Positions 1 to 10,579 are shown, numbered from the stretch's first letter. The stretch: 55,962 nt of DNA from Rikenellaceae bacterium DTU001 (GCA_001512885.1 LFSZ01000097.1:872-56833); one strand, 5' to 3'. Notes: generated by a model from the sequence alone, not told the origin. Program-made: numbers and translations.

Positions 1-536
1 TTGGGATGTTTCTTTTTCTTTGCTTTTTCGTATTCTTTTCGGCTTCTGTATTTGCGACCTTTTTCTGAATACTTCATTAGTAGCTCATCAGCCTCTACAA
101 TGCCTGAGAAGCTTATACCACCTTGTAATGATTTGATCGCTGCTAGTATCTTGTGTCGCCAATTGAAACTTGTTCTCAGACTTATGCCTACCTCCGATGC
201 GCAAGCTCTTAGACTTTTGCCTTCTAACATGCATTTTAGGTAATCGAGCATTTTATCAGCTTTTCGCATGCGATATACGAAGGTTCGAGCTGTTTCGCGG
301 TATTGTCGGCCGCAATCTTTGCATTTGTATACTTGTTTGCCATCACGTACTCCAGCTTTTATTACATTTTCACTTTTGCATCGAGGGCAGATGGGGGCTG
401 TGCTTTGTATTTTTAGCTTCTGATAATCTACGGCTGTGTAGTTGTTTTCTAATAAAAATTGATATAGATTATCTAGGAATCTACGTTTCTGCTCTTTGGG
501 TAGAGCTTGATAATCTAATAAATTAAAATTATCCAT
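1..536 (-). CDS. IS1595-family (ISXO2-like) transposase, N-terminal 178 codons, partial
   Basis: Absent from the ORF track because there is no in-window stop. My translation from ATG 536: MDNFNLLDYQALPKEQKRRFLDNLYQFLL...CPRCKSENVIKAGVRDGKQVYKCKDCGRQYRE (CxxC..CxxC zinc ribbon) ...GKSLRACASEVGISLRTSFNWRHKIL (HTH). It is clearly homologous to the full-length 336-aa ORF at 13281-14291. Confidence 0.85.
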   Translation of the reverse strand, partial: MDNFNLLDYQALPKEQKRRFLDNLYQFLLENNYTAVDYQKLKIQSTAPICPRCKSENVIKAGVRDGKQVYKCKDCGRQYRETARTFVYRMRKADKMLDYLKCMLEGKSLRACASEVGISLRTSFNWRHKILAAIKSLQGGISFSGIVEADELLMKYSEKGRKYRSRKEYEKAKKKKHP

Positions 537-603
537 AATTATTTTTTTGTAAAATTAAATAAAAATTATTTGATGGTAGTATAAACTACGTAAAGTAAAA
601 CAA
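1..603 (-). mobile_element. IS1595-family insertion sequence, copy A-left (partial; continues beyond the left window edge)
   Basis: The reverse strand carries a 67-nt leader plus a transposase ORF. Positions 537-603 match 55627-55693 in inverted orientation with one mismatch. Identity stops at about 603, which I take as the element terminus (TTGTTTTACTTTACGTA...). Confidence 0.8.
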
Positions 604-674
604 AAAATATTATTTCTCCAACCCTCATACAAAGCCTAATATTTTCAAAAAAATTAATTTTTAGTATTAGCTAA

Positions 675-1358
675 TTATTGTATTAATCCTTTATCTCTAA
701 AACTAAAAAAATCTTTTTTGGTTACGATTATATGATCTATTACTTCGATACCTAGTATATTACCTGCCTCAACTAGTTTTTGAGTAATTTTAATATCATC
801 TTCAGATGGTTGATAATCGCCAGAAGGATGGTTATGAGCCAAAATTATTTGTGCAGCTAAATTTTTAACAGCTGGTTCGAAAACCTCTCGAGGATGAACA
901 AGACTAGCATTTAATGTACCTATAGATATGATTTCATGTATAATTTCTTGATTTTTGGTATCAAGATAAAAAATTACGAAATGCTCTTTTTTACTTTCTC
1001 TAATATCTTTTAGCGATTCCCATACTTGTTTTGGAGAGAGAAAAATTCTAGTTTGTTTATCTTTTAAAAATCTTTTTCCCAATTCAAAGCAAGCAATTAT
1101 TTCACATGCTTTAGCAGGTCCAATCCCATGATAATCTTTCAATTCGTCGAAAGTAGTATAAGGCAATTTATCTTTGGGGAATTTTTTTAATATATTAGTA
1201 GCTAAATCTATTACATTTTCGTCTTTAGTTCCAGACCTCAGTATAATAGCTAAAAGTTCTTCATCTGAGAGTTTATCAGGACCATATTTCATTAATTTTT
1301 CTCTAGGTCTTTCTATTTTTGGTAGTTCCTTTATAGTAATTTTACTTTTTTTAGGCAT
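675..1358 (-). CDS. radC: RadC-family JAB/MPN domain protein (UPF0758)
   Basis: 227 aa. N-terminal HhH-like segment (HGIGPAKACEI) and C-terminal JAMM motif LAHNHPSGD..SEDD, the classic RadC layout. Confidence 0.9.
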   Translation of the reverse strand: MPKKSKITIKELPKIERPREKLMKYGPDKLSDEELLAIILRSGTKDENVIDLATNILKKFPKDKLPYTTFDELKDYHGIGPAKACEIIACFELGKRFLKDKQTRIFLSPKQVWESLKDIRESKKEHFVIFYLDTKNQEIIHEIISIGTLNASLVHPREVFEPAVKNLAAQIILAHNHPSGDYQPSEDDIKITQKLVEAGNILGIEVIDHIIVTKKDFFSFRDKGLIQ

Positions 1359-1421
1359 ATAAAATCAATATATTGGCAAATATAATAAAATAATATTCAT
1401 TTAAACCAAAAAAAGTCTCAA

Positions 1422-3284
1422 TCAATAAATTATTAATTTGAAAAATTCATTACCATTAATCTTAATAATATAAAAACCAGGTTGATTTATATTAAAACTA
1501 TGATCTTTACTTTTTGTAATAAATTTACCATTAACGTCATAGAGTTCCCAATAATCTATAAAAGGAGCATCTATATATATGGTAGAGTTAGTATAAGCTG
1601 GATTAGGATAAATATTGATTTTAGGTTTATTATTTAAATGTTCGGGTACATATATATAAGGATAAGGGCTATTACCTACTATAGGTCTAATCATCAATGC
1701 ACCAGAATATTGAGAATTTCGCCAAATGCCATCTACATTATAAAAAATATTATTATGAGCATCATTATTGCCATCAAAGCCTATGTTTAATGAACTACTT
1801 TGGTATTGCATAAATCCAACATAAAAAACACCCGATGGTAATGCTACAGGCTCATTTAGAATGAAATTATAAAATTTGCCTAAATCCTCATAATGTTGGG
1901 GCAAAAGTTTTTCTTCTTGATAAATTATATTGCCAGGCTTGCCATTAATGTCATCCCAAATTATTAATCTAAAATAATTATAGTCTATAAAACTAGATAA
2001 GGAATTAAAAAAAAATTCTATTGATCTGATAGTATCTGGTACATTGAGTTCGAATTTATAAGCTAATTTAGCATCATATCCAGATAGACAATATCCTGCT
2101 GTAGGAAATCCATTATCATAAGCATAATAATTATAAAAACGTTGATATATTTTGATAGTATCGTTTTGATTTAAAGTATCGGGTATAGTAGCTGTATTAA
2201 TAGCAAAAGTAATTTTAAACTCTGCTGTACTATCAGAAATAGTATTAAAAGTATATGGCAAAGTAAATCTAGTAAAAACAGTATCAGTATATGGAGGCAC
2301 ATTAAGAGCACTTAAAGATGGTTGATAGGGGGCTCCCACATTAGCTAAATCAATAATTTCAATATACTCAGTTATATTGCATGTTTGATCAGAAAAATTA
2401 GTATAGGGTATAGAAAAATTAGTAATCATTTCCTCATCGGCATTTGCTAAAAATTGCTTCCAAGGCATAGAAACATATTTTTTTAACAAAGAATATATTT
2501 GTCCTCTAAAAGCTATATCTACTGGTAAGGTATCATGCCAATGTCTATTTTTGTTAATATATATATAGTCTATATTCCATATATCACCATTACTATTCCA
2601 ATTAGGTATCTGATTATTTGCTATACTGGCTAAATTACGAAACCTAAAACGAAATTGTGAAGTCAGAAACTTATCATCTTTAATAGGTATCATGATGACT
2701 TTCCAAGGTTTTCCGAAACTGTCAATAAAGTTTTGAAGACTTGTTCCCTGACAAGCCCATACTTTTTCCCACATATCATTTTCATTATCATAAAACTCTA
2801 AGATTAATGAATCATTTGTTTCAGGAGCATCACTCAGCCCTTGAGGTTGAAAAGCAAAACTAAAATATAATGAATCGCTAATATGCAAACTATGAGGTAT
2901 ACCTACAAAAAAGCTATCTAATCTAATGTAGCAAGAGGTTAATGTATCTGCAGGAAAAGGGGTGTATTGAGCATGTTCGTATATTTGACCATTTTTATCT
3001 AATGCATCTAATGTTATTACACCAATAGTAAAAGGATAAAATCCAAATTCATTATTACAAAAAGCTGTGCTATCTGTAAAATATTCACTAGGAGGGTAGC
3101 CAAAGTAATCAGCTACATCTATTTTGATTGGTAGATTAAGTGTATTAATAGTTGTGTTTTTACTTTCGTTTTTAGAATGATTATTTATTAAATGAGGATT
3201 ATAGTTAAGAGGCACGATAAATTCCTGACTTATCAAGGTTGTATAAAAAATCAGAAGTAAAATAAAATTTATTATCTTTTTCAT
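1422..3284 (-). CDS. Secreted protein of unknown function with T9SS C-terminal sorting domain
   Basis: 620 aa. Signal peptide MKKIINFILLLIFYTTLISQ. The last ~70 aa show the T9SS type-A CTD pattern (INIYPNPAYTNSTIYID...VNGKFI...GFYIIKING..FKLIIY). I recognise no motif in the passenger region. Confidence 0.6.
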   Translation of the reverse strand: MKKIINFILLLIFYTTLISQEFIVPLNYNPHLINNHSKNESKNTTINTLNLPIKIDVADYFGYPPSEYFTDSTAFCNNEFGFYPFTIGVITLDALDKNGQIYEHAQYTPFPADTLTSCYIRLDSFFVGIPHSLHISDSLYFSFAFQPQGLSDAPETNDSLILEFYDNENDMWEKVWACQGTSLQNFIDSFGKPWKVIMIPIKDDKFLTSQFRFRFRNLASIANNQIPNWNSNGDIWNIDYIYINKNRHWHDTLPVDIAFRGQIYSLLKKYVSMPWKQFLANADEEMITNFSIPYTNFSDQTCNITEYIEIIDLANVGAPYQPSLSALNVPPYTDTVFTRFTLPYTFNTISDSTAEFKITFAINTATIPDTLNQNDTIKIYQRFYNYYAYDNGFPTAGYCLSGYDAKLAYKFELNVPDTIRSIEFFFNSLSSFIDYNYFRLIIWDDINGKPGNIIYQEEKLLPQHYEDLGKFYNFILNEPVALPSGVFYVGFMQYQSSSLNIGFDGNNDAHNNIFYNVDGIWRNSQYSGALMIRPIVGNSPYPYIYVPEHLNNKPKINIYPNPAYTNSTIYIDAPFIDYWELYDVNGKFITKSKDHSFNINQPGFYIIKINGNEFFKLIIY

Positions 3285-3368
3285 TTAAAATTTATTACTA
3301 TTTTTTTTTAACAAAATTATAAAACTATTTTTTAAAATATTACCATAATATAAATTCAATAAAAAATA

Positions 3369-4058
3369 TTATTCAAAAGTAAAAACTATCCAAAAAATCT
3401 TAGATTTTAGATAATCCATATTTTTATCAAAGACGGTGCCTCGCCTAGTGATAACATCATTTAAACCATAAGTCATTCTAATTTCAATACCAAATTTGAA
3501 ATAACGTAAATAAAATTCTCCTCCACCACCGATTAGTAAATTTATGTTATGAGGGTTGATTTTAAGAAGGTCTAATTTATCTTCCTTTTTTTTAGATTGT
3601 GAAGCGAGATCTAAACTATATTGAGCACCTAGTAATGCATAAGCTCTAAAATTGGTCAATCTATCAGTTTTATATTTCAAATAAAGGGGGAAATCTAAAA
3701 AAGTAGATTCTGCAGATTTAGTAATAGTTTCGATAGTACCGTCAGGTTGTCTCACAGTAAACTTAACCTTTCGAGAACCGAAAGATAAACCAGGTATAAA
3801 GCGTAAATTTAAATGAGATGCTAAGTTTAAATCGGCAGTAATACCTATCTCAAATCCGCTCTGTGGAATAGGAACGGCTGTTAATATAGTATCATTAGGT
3901 TTTAGTTTTGCACTAAAAGACAAACTATTAAAACCCAAGATAAAACCAAAATGTACAGGACGCATATCAAAGGTAACTAAATTCATCATGCTCTCATTCT
4001 GCGCATGTGCTCTAAAGAGAAATAAAAAAAGTAAGACAATAGTACTTGTTTTTTTCAT
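3369..4058 (-). CDS. Outer-membrane beta-barrel protein (PorT / OMP_b-brl_2-like)
   Basis: 229 aa. Signal peptide ending AHAQ, alternating hydrophobic beta-strand pattern, terminal aromatic residue (..FTFE). Size and pattern fit the small PorT-like barrels of Bacteroidota. The family assignment is from memory only. Confidence 0.45.
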   Translation of the reverse strand: MKKTSTIVLLFLFLFRAHAQNESMMNLVTFDMRPVHFGFILGFNSLSFSAKLKPNDTILTAVPIPQSGFEIGITADLNLASHLNLRFIPGLSFGSRKVKFTVRQPDGTIETITKSAESTFLDFPLYLKYKTDRLTNFRAYALLGAQYSLDLASQSKKKEDKLDLLKINPHNINLLIGGGGEFYLRYFKFGIEIRMTYGLNDVITRRGTVFDKNMDYLKSKIFWIVFTFE

Positions 4059-4214
4059 AAATATTAAAACGCAAAATTAAAATTAATATTGTAAATACTG
4101 AAATTATTCAAAAATAGAGAATATAAATATTTAAGGAAAATCATAAAATAAAATACCTAATTTAATATATTAAAATATTTTATTTTCTTAAAAAAAAACA
4201 TTATTTTTGAAAAA

Positions 4215-4973
4215 ATGTATTCTATGAAAAAAATCTATTATTTAATATTTCTAATTTTTATATTTTCTTGTACAACTTATCAGATAAAGGATCAACAGTC
4301 TACATCAAAGACTATAACCATAGATACTACGATTAAAAATGATGATAATGTAGATAAATGGATCATGAAGTACAAAACTAGTTTAGATAGTTTGATGGAT
4401 TTAGTAATAGGATTTAATAAAATATCAATGATAAAAAACACTCCCGAAAGTAATCTTGGTAATTTTGTTTGTGATCTTATTTTAGATTTTATTAATAGAG
4501 AATTAAAAGACACATTAGAAGGTTTACCATGTATAGTAGTTTTGAATAATGGAGGTTTTCGTTCTTCATTGCCTGAAGGTCAAATCAGTATTAGAGATAT
4601 TTATTCAGTGATGCCTTTTGATAATACACTTACATTACTAAAGATATCTGGCGAAAATATGATAAAGCTAGCACAGCAAATAATAGAAAAAGGTGGTATG
4701 CCAATAGGTGGAATAGAAATAATAGCTACTGCTACTACACTAAAACAAACTAAAATAAATGGTAATGATATATCAAAAAATCAACAATATTGGGTTGCTA
4801 CTTCAAATTTCATAGCTAATGGTGGTGATAATTTAATAGGATTAATGAATCCAATAAAACGGATCGATACTCCATATTTGATTCGTGATATAATAATAGA
4901 ACATTATAAATTATTAACTTCACAAAACAAAGCTGCTTATGCAGAAAAAGATGGGAGGATTAGATATGAATAA
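4215..4973 (+). CDS. 5'-nucleotidase C-terminal (substrate-binding) domain lipoprotein
   Basis: 252 aa. Lipobox-like LIFIFSC, then 5_nucleotid_C-type motifs (NLGNFVCD, GGFRSSLPEG, IYSVMPFDNTL, SNFIANGGDN). It has no metallophosphatase domain of its own. Confidence 0.75.
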   Translation: MYSMKKIYYLIFLIFIFSCTTYQIKDQQSTSKTITIDTTIKNDDNVDKWIMKYKTSLDSLMDLVIGFNKISMIKNTPESNLGNFVCDLILDFINRELKDTLEGLPCIVVLNNGGFRSSLPEGQISIRDIYSVMPFDNTLTLLKISGENMIKLAQQIIEKGGMPIGGIEIIATATTLKQTKINGNDISKNQQYWVATSNFIANGGDNLIGLMNPIKRIDTPYLIRDIIIEHYKLLTSQNKAAYAEKDGRIRYE

Positions 4974-5916
4974 TGGTAGAAGAGATTTCCTAAAATCCGT
5001 TTTAGGTATAGGAGCTGGATTATTATTACCTAAAATAGCTAAACCTAACACTGCTAATAATTTACATGAGGAATTGGGACTTAAAAAAATAACAATTTTA
5101 CACACAAATGATACTCATAGTCAAATAGAACCCTTACCTAAAAATCATTATAGATATCCTGGTCAGGGTGGTTATAGTAGAAGGGCATATTTGATAAATC
5201 AAATAAAGCGTGATAATGATAAAGTATTTATATTTGATTCAGGAGACCTCTATCAAGGCACGCCTTATTTTAACATATATAAAGGTAAATTAGAAATTGA
5301 GTATTTGAATAAAATGTATTATACAGCTATTACGATTGGTAATCACGAATTTGATTTGGGATTAAATGTATTAGGTGAAAATTTATTGCAAGCCAATTTT
5401 GATATAATAAGCTCAAATTATGTATTTACAAATGATCCAATATTGTCAAAAATAGTAAAACCATATAAAATTTATAATATTGATAAGTTAAAAATAGGAG
5501 TATTCGGTTTAGGAATAGAACCTACGGGGTTAATAGATAAAAATTTATGGGGAAAAACCATTTATAAGGATCCAATGGAGACAGCTGCCAAGATGGCATT
5601 ATTATTAAAAAAAGAATATAAATGTAATTTAGTAATATGTTTATCTCATTTGGGATATAAAGGAAGCGAAGGTAGAATAGGTGATATAGAAATAGCGAAA
5701 TCGAGTAGAAATATTGATATAATCTTAGGAGGTCATAGTCATACATTGCTTTCTAAACCTGTATATATATCAAACAGAGAAAAAAAACCTGTAATAATAA
5801 CACAAAATGCTTATGCTGGCGTGCAAATGACTCAATTAGACTGCTATTTCAACTCTTTTGGTTCGTTTTTGTTCGCAGAAGAGCATAATAAAAAAATATT
5901 TTATAAAAATGTTTAA
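4966..5916 (+). CDS. Tat-signal metallophosphatase (5'-nucleotidase N-terminal catalytic domain)
   Basis: The track ORF starts at 4939. I prefer ATG 4966, which gives MNNGRRDFLKSVLGIGAG (twin-arginine signal) and overlaps the upstream stop by 8 nt. Calcineurin-like motifs HTNDTHS, GDLYQG, GNHEFD, GGHSH. Confidence 0.8.
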   Translation: MNNGRRDFLKSVLGIGAGLLLPKIAKPNTANNLHEELGLKKITILHTNDTHSQIEPLPKNHYRYPGQGGYSRRAYLINQIKRDNDKVFIFDSGDLYQGTPYFNIYKGKLEIEYLNKMYYTAITIGNHEFDLGLNVLGENLLQANFDIISSNYVFTNDPILSKIVKPYKIYNIDKLKIGVFGLGIEPTGLIDKNLWGKTIYKDPMETAAKMALLLKKEYKCNLVICLSHLGYKGSEGRIGDIEIAKSSRNIDIILGGHSHTLLSKPVYISNREKKPVIITQNAYAGVQMTQLDCYFNSFGSFLFAEEHNKKIFYKNV

Positions 5917-6000
5917 AAAATTTTTTAATTTAAAATATTTTGTGCATTTTTGCTATTTGAAAAAAATAATCAAAATGTAGTTTATACTAAATAATTAAAA

Positions 6001-7482
6001 ATGAAGGAAATAGAAAAAAAAATCTCTCAAAATAAAATGACAAAACTAGATATACTTTGGAATGATATATTAGAATTTATAAAGGAAAATATTAATTATC
6101 AGAATTTCAAAACATGGTTTTTGCCGTTAAAACCACTTTCTTTTGAGAATAATACACTTATTATTGAGGTTCCTTCATCCTTTTATTATGAATACATAGA
6201 GGCGCATTTTATTGATGTATTAAAGGTTGCATTGAAGAATTTTATAGGTCCTAATGCTAAATTATGCTATCAAGTAGTTATAGCTAAAGAAACAGATAAA
6301 TCATCTACATTACAATGGCCATCAAATGATAAAGTAGCTACTAGTAATCCTGATATTCATATACCATTAAAGACTGAAGATATAAAATCATTGAAGGAAA
6401 AAAAATCTAATTCTCTGCCAAATCCTTTTTTGATACCTGGCATTAGAACATATTCAATAGATAGTAATCTAATAGAAACCTTGGATTTTAGTAATTTTGT
6501 CGAGGGTGAATGTAATAGATTAGCTCGTGCAGTAGGTCTGAGTATAGCAAATAATCCGGGGCTAACTTCTTTTAATCCTTTTTTTGTGTATAGTACTACT
6601 GGACTTGGAAAAACTCATTTAGTTAATGCTATAGGCTTAGAAACTAAAAAGAATTTTTCTAACAAAATTATTCTTTATATGAATACTGCTGAGTTTTTAA
6701 ATCAATTTATAAAAGTTGTAAAATCAGATAATATTTCAGATTTTATCCAAATTTATCAATCTGTTGACCTATTAATAATGGATGATATTCATCATTTAGC
6801 TAATAAACCTAAAACTCAAGAGGTATTTTTTCAAATATTCAATATTTTGCATCAACAAGATAAACAAATTATATTGACCTCAGATAAACCACCTATAGAA
6901 CTAGAAGGCATAGAAGAGAGATTGCTGAATCGATTTAAATGGGGATTAACTGCTGAATTAACAAAACCAGATTATGATACACGCATCCAAATAATACATA
7001 AAAAACTACAGAGAGATGGTATCAATCTAACTAGTGAAATCATAGAGTATATTGCTAAAAAAGTAAAAGATAGTATTAGGGAGCTCGAAGGAGTATTGAT
7101 AGCTATAATTGCACATTCTACTTTTGTAAAAAAAGATCTAGATATTAATGATGTACAAAATCTAATAGATCAATACATTAAATGTAATCAACAAACCATT
7201 ACCTATGATATGATAAAACATGTAATATGTGATTATTTTGCTATTACATTAGACCAATTAGAATCATCTACTCGAAAACAACCAATAGTAATGGCAAGAC
7301 ATATGGCGATGCATTTTGCTTCTAAATATTCTAAACTTACATTAACAGAAATAGGTAGACTCACAGGTAATCGTAAACACTCTTCTGTGGCTTATGCTAT
7401 CAAAAATGTAAATAATTTATTAGAAGTAGATAAAAATTTCAGAATGCAATACGAAGAAATAAAAAAGAAAATAATTAAATAA
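6001..7482 (+). CDS. dnaA: Chromosomal replication initiator DnaA
   Basis: 493 aa. AAA+ Walker A GLGKTHL, Walker B LLIMDDIH, C-terminal DNA-binding HTH (RKQPIVMARHMAMHFASKYS..LTEIGRLTGNRKHSSVAYA). The internal ATG at 6037 is an alternative start. Confidence 0.95.
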   Translation: MKEIEKKISQNKMTKLDILWNDILEFIKENINYQNFKTWFLPLKPLSFENNTLIIEVPSSFYYEYIEAHFIDVLKVALKNFIGPNAKLCYQVVIAKETDKSSTLQWPSNDKVATSNPDIHIPLKTEDIKSLKEKKSNSLPNPFLIPGIRTYSIDSNLIETLDFSNFVEGECNRLARAVGLSIANNPGLTSFNPFFVYSTTGLGKTHLVNAIGLETKKNFSNKIILYMNTAEFLNQFIKVVKSDNISDFIQIYQSVDLLIMDDIHHLANKPKTQEVFFQIFNILHQQDKQIILTSDKPPIELEGIEERLLNRFKWGLTAELTKPDYDTRIQIIHKKLQRDGINLTSEIIEYIAKKVKDSIRELEGVLIAIIAHSTFVKKDLDINDVQNLIDQYIKCNQQTITYDMIKHVICDYFAITLDQLESSTRKQPIVMARHMAMHFASKYSKLTLTEIGRLTGNRKHSSVAYAIKNVNNLLEVDKNFRMQYEEIKKKIIK

Positions 7483-7775
7483 TTAAAACCTATTTATTCT
7501 CGAGTAATTTTACTACTAATATTAATATACATTTGGATTTAGTATTTGTGAGTTTCAGTTTATTAGTTAAAAAAAATGTATAATTTTTTTGTATTTATTA
7601 AATATTCTATTACAAGAAAAAAATAAAATTAATATAATAAAAAAGAATGGCTGTTTCATAATTTTATCCTTTTTTCAATAATTTTAAATTAAAAATTTTT
7701 CTATTCTATAATCATTTCTGAATTTTGCAGTTAATTTGTAAAATAATTATAATTTAAAATATTTGATTAATTAAA

Positions 7776-10286
7776 GTGCAAAAGAGAGCATATTTACTAT
7801 TTATACTATTATTAGTTGATTTTTTTGTTTTGCTAGGGCAAAATTTAGATACTTTATTACAAAATAATCTAGTGCTGGATAGCATAATAATTCAAAATGG
7901 AGATACTGTAAAAACACAGATAGCCAAAAGTAGTCAAGCTATTGATAAAAAAGTAGATTATCAATGTAAAGACAGCTTAGTGATGGAGATGAAAGATAAA
8001 AAGATAACATTATACGAAAATGCAAAAGTAGTTTATGACAATCTTACTCTCACTGCAGGTATTATAAAAATTGATTTTGACAATAATCTTGTGTACGCTT
8101 ATGGTATCTACAAAGATTCCATCTATTCTGAGCGACCTAATTTCAATCAAGGCAATCAAAGTTTTTTAGCAGATTCATTAGTTTATAACATAAAAACTGG
8201 CAAAGGATTAGTTTATTCTGTTTTTTCGAAACAAGGTGATGGCTATTTACATGGCAAATATGTAAAGAGAGAAAATGACAGTGTTATTTTAGTAAAAACT
8301 GGTGGATTCACTACTTGTGAATTAGAGCACCCTCATTATATAATTAGATTTGATAAAGCTAAAGTCGTAACTGATAAAGAGATAATAACTGGTCCTGTGT
8401 GGTTAGAAGTGGAAGATATCACTATGCCAATAGGTTTGCCCTTAGGTTTTTTCCCAACTAGAACTAAAAGGCAATCAGGCATCTTGTTACCTACTGTAGG
8501 CGAGAGTGCTAATAGGGGTTTTTATTTAGAAAATATTGGTTATTATTTTGGTTTTTCTGATTACGTAGATTTAGCATTAAGAGGTGATATTTATACCAGA
8601 GGGAGCTGGGCTATAAAAGCTGAGACTAACTACAAAAAAAGATATAAATATGAAGGAAATTTGCAAGCAAATTTCGCTCATAATAAATTTGGAGAAAAAG
8701 GTTTTAGTAACTATGAAGTTTATAATGATTTTTTCATACGTTGGTACCATAAGCAAGATCCTAAAGCCCATCCTACAAATAGATTTTCTGCTAATGTACA
8801 GTTAGGTTCTTCTAATTATACTAAATTTAATCCATCATCTGCTAATGATTATTTGTCTAATACTTTCACTTCTTCTATCGCATATTCGACACAATTATTT
8901 AATTTATTCAATCTAAACATCAATGCGCGTCACACTCAAAGTAATACTACTCACAGGGTAGACGTTTCTTTACCAGATTTGAGCTTATCATCTAATACTA
9001 TTTATCCATTTAGACCTAAAAAATTAACTAAACCTTTAAAATGGTATCAAAATTTGAATTTAAGATATCAATTACAGGCAAAAAACAATCTATCTCGCCC
9101 CGATAGTACGTTTTTTAATAATCTTAGTTTCAAAGACTTTAATATTGGTTTTCAGCATAATTTACCGATATCTTTAAATATAAATTTTTTTAAATATCTA
9201 CAATGGTCTAATCAATTTAATACAAATTGGCGTTGGTATTTTAAAAGCATTGATAAAAATTGGAATCCTATAGATAGCAATATGGTAATAGATACTTTGT
9301 ATAAATTTAGAATGCCACTAGATATTTCATATACTACATCATTGTCTACCAGATTATATGGATTTTATTCATTTGGAAAATTTCCATTGCGTGTAATCAG
9401 ACATGTCATTACACCATCTATTAGCTATACATGGAGACCAGATTTTAGTGTTAAACCTTGGAATTACTATAATGTTTGTCATACACCTAATGGTGAGGAG
9501 TGGTACAGTCCTTTCGAAGGAGCTATATTCGGGTATCCACCACGTGGAAAATCATCAGCCATTAGCTTTGCTATAGCTAATAATATAGAGGCAAAAATAA
9601 GACAAAGAACTGATACTGGGGAAATGTTAAAAAAAATTGTTTTAATAGAAAATCTTTCACTCAGTACTAGTTATAATTTTGCAGCTGATAGTTTTCAATT
9701 GTCTCCATTGATAATTTCTGCACGCACAAAATTGTTTAAAAATTTTGAACTTCGCTATGCTTTAGGATTAGACCCTTATCATTATGATACTACTGGTAGG
9801 CGAATCGATAAATTTCAATTTGATATCGATAAAAAACTTTTCAATACTCAAAATCAAGAATGGAATCTGAGTGGCAATTTAATTTTGCAATATCCTAATA
9901 TTAAAAGAGGGAAAACTTCTACATCAGAGCATAATACTAAAAAAATTTATCCAAATTTTCGTGTAACTATAGGATTAAATCTAAGACATTATAGTTCGTA
10001 CATACCACATACTAATATAGACTTTACTAAATCAATTGTCGCTAATGGGAATATTGAATTTACACCTAATTGGAGTGTATCTTTTATGACTGGCTATGAT
10101 TTTGATCTAAAAGATTTTACTTATACTTCTATTAATATTCATAGAGATCTCCATTGTTGGGAAATAATTTTAAATTGGATACCTACGGGTTTTCGTAAAT
10201 CATATAATTTCACTATTCGCATAAAGTCCCCAATGCTACAAGATGTTAAATTAACTAAGAAAACTGATTGGCGTGATTATTATTAA
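7776..10286 (+). CDS. Large outer-membrane protein, LptD-like (putative LPS assembly protein)
   Basis: 836 aa with a GTG start and a signal peptide. An N-terminal OstA-like segment (KITLYENAKVVYDNLTLTAGIIKIDFDNNLVYAYG) is followed by a long Y/F/N-rich barrel-like region ending in an aromatic residue. The architecture matches Bacteroidota LptD-like proteins from memory. Confidence 0.55.
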   Translation: MQKRAYLLFILLLVDFFVLLGQNLDTLLQNNLVLDSIIIQNGDTVKTQIAKSSQAIDKKVDYQCKDSLVMEMKDKKITLYENAKVVYDNLTLTAGIIKIDFDNNLVYAYGIYKDSIYSERPNFNQGNQSFLADSLVYNIKTGKGLVYSVFSKQGDGYLHGKYVKRENDSVILVKTGGFTTCELEHPHYIIRFDKAKVVTDKEIITGPVWLEVEDITMPIGLPLGFFPTRTKRQSGILLPTVGESANRGFYLENIGYYFGFSDYVDLALRGDIYTRGSWAIKAETNYKKRYKYEGNLQANFAHNKFGEKGFSNYEVYNDFFIRWYHKQDPKAHPTNRFSANVQLGSSNYTKFNPSSANDYLSNTFTSSIAYSTQLFNLFNLNINARHTQSNTTHRVDVSLPDLSLSSNTIYPFRPKKLTKPLKWYQNLNLRYQLQAKNNLSRPDSTFFNNLSFKDFNIGFQHNLPISLNINFFKYLQWSNQFNTNWRWYFKSIDKNWNPIDSNMVIDTLYKFRMPLDISYTTSLSTRLYGFYSFGKFPLRVIRHVITPSISYTWRPDFSVKPWNYYNVCHTPNGEEWYSPFEGAIFGYPPRGKSSAISFAIANNIEAKIRQRTDTGEMLKKIVLIENLSLSTSYNFAADSFQLSPLIISARTKLFKNFELRYALGLDPYHYDTTGRRIDKFQFDIDKKLFNTQNQEWNLSGNLILQYPNIKRGKTSTSEHNTKKIYPNFRVTIGLNLRHYSSYIPHTNIDFTKSIVANGNIEFTPNWSVSFMTGYDFDLKDFTYTSINIHRDLHCWEIILNWIPTGFRKSYNFTIRIKSPMLQDVKLTKKTDWRDYY

Positions 10287-10579
10287 TATATTGTTCTACA
10301 ATAAGTATGCAAGTTTAATAGATTTATAGCTTATTAGTTAATTATTTCAATGAATGACGTTGAGAAAACACTACTTATCACATTAATTGATTTTGTGATT
10401 TGTTTTTATCAATTCTCAGTTTTAGAGATTTGCATAGCATAAAACTTTTTAAAATATATTAAATTAATTTTTTTTTTAATTTTCATATATTCATTACTAG
10501 ATAGATTATATAAAAAAAGCCTCATAAATTTGAGTAAATTTATGAAATTAAATGTTTTGTTAATAATTTTAAAAATTAA

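Noticed and set aside
1-526. Plus-strand track ORFs 1-243 and 170-526
   Set aside because: They are antisense to the edge-truncated IS1595-family transposase, which has clear zinc-ribbon and HTH motifs and a homolog at 13281-14291. ORF 13450-13821 is the equivalent antisense shadow inside IS-B.
10375-10399. Inverted TTATCACA ... TGTGAT pair as DnaA boxes in the lptD-pgk intergenic region
   Set aside because: TTATCACA is one base short of the 9-mer consensus. Aligned as a 9-mer it matches TTATCCACA at only about 5/9, and no cluster of such sites is present.
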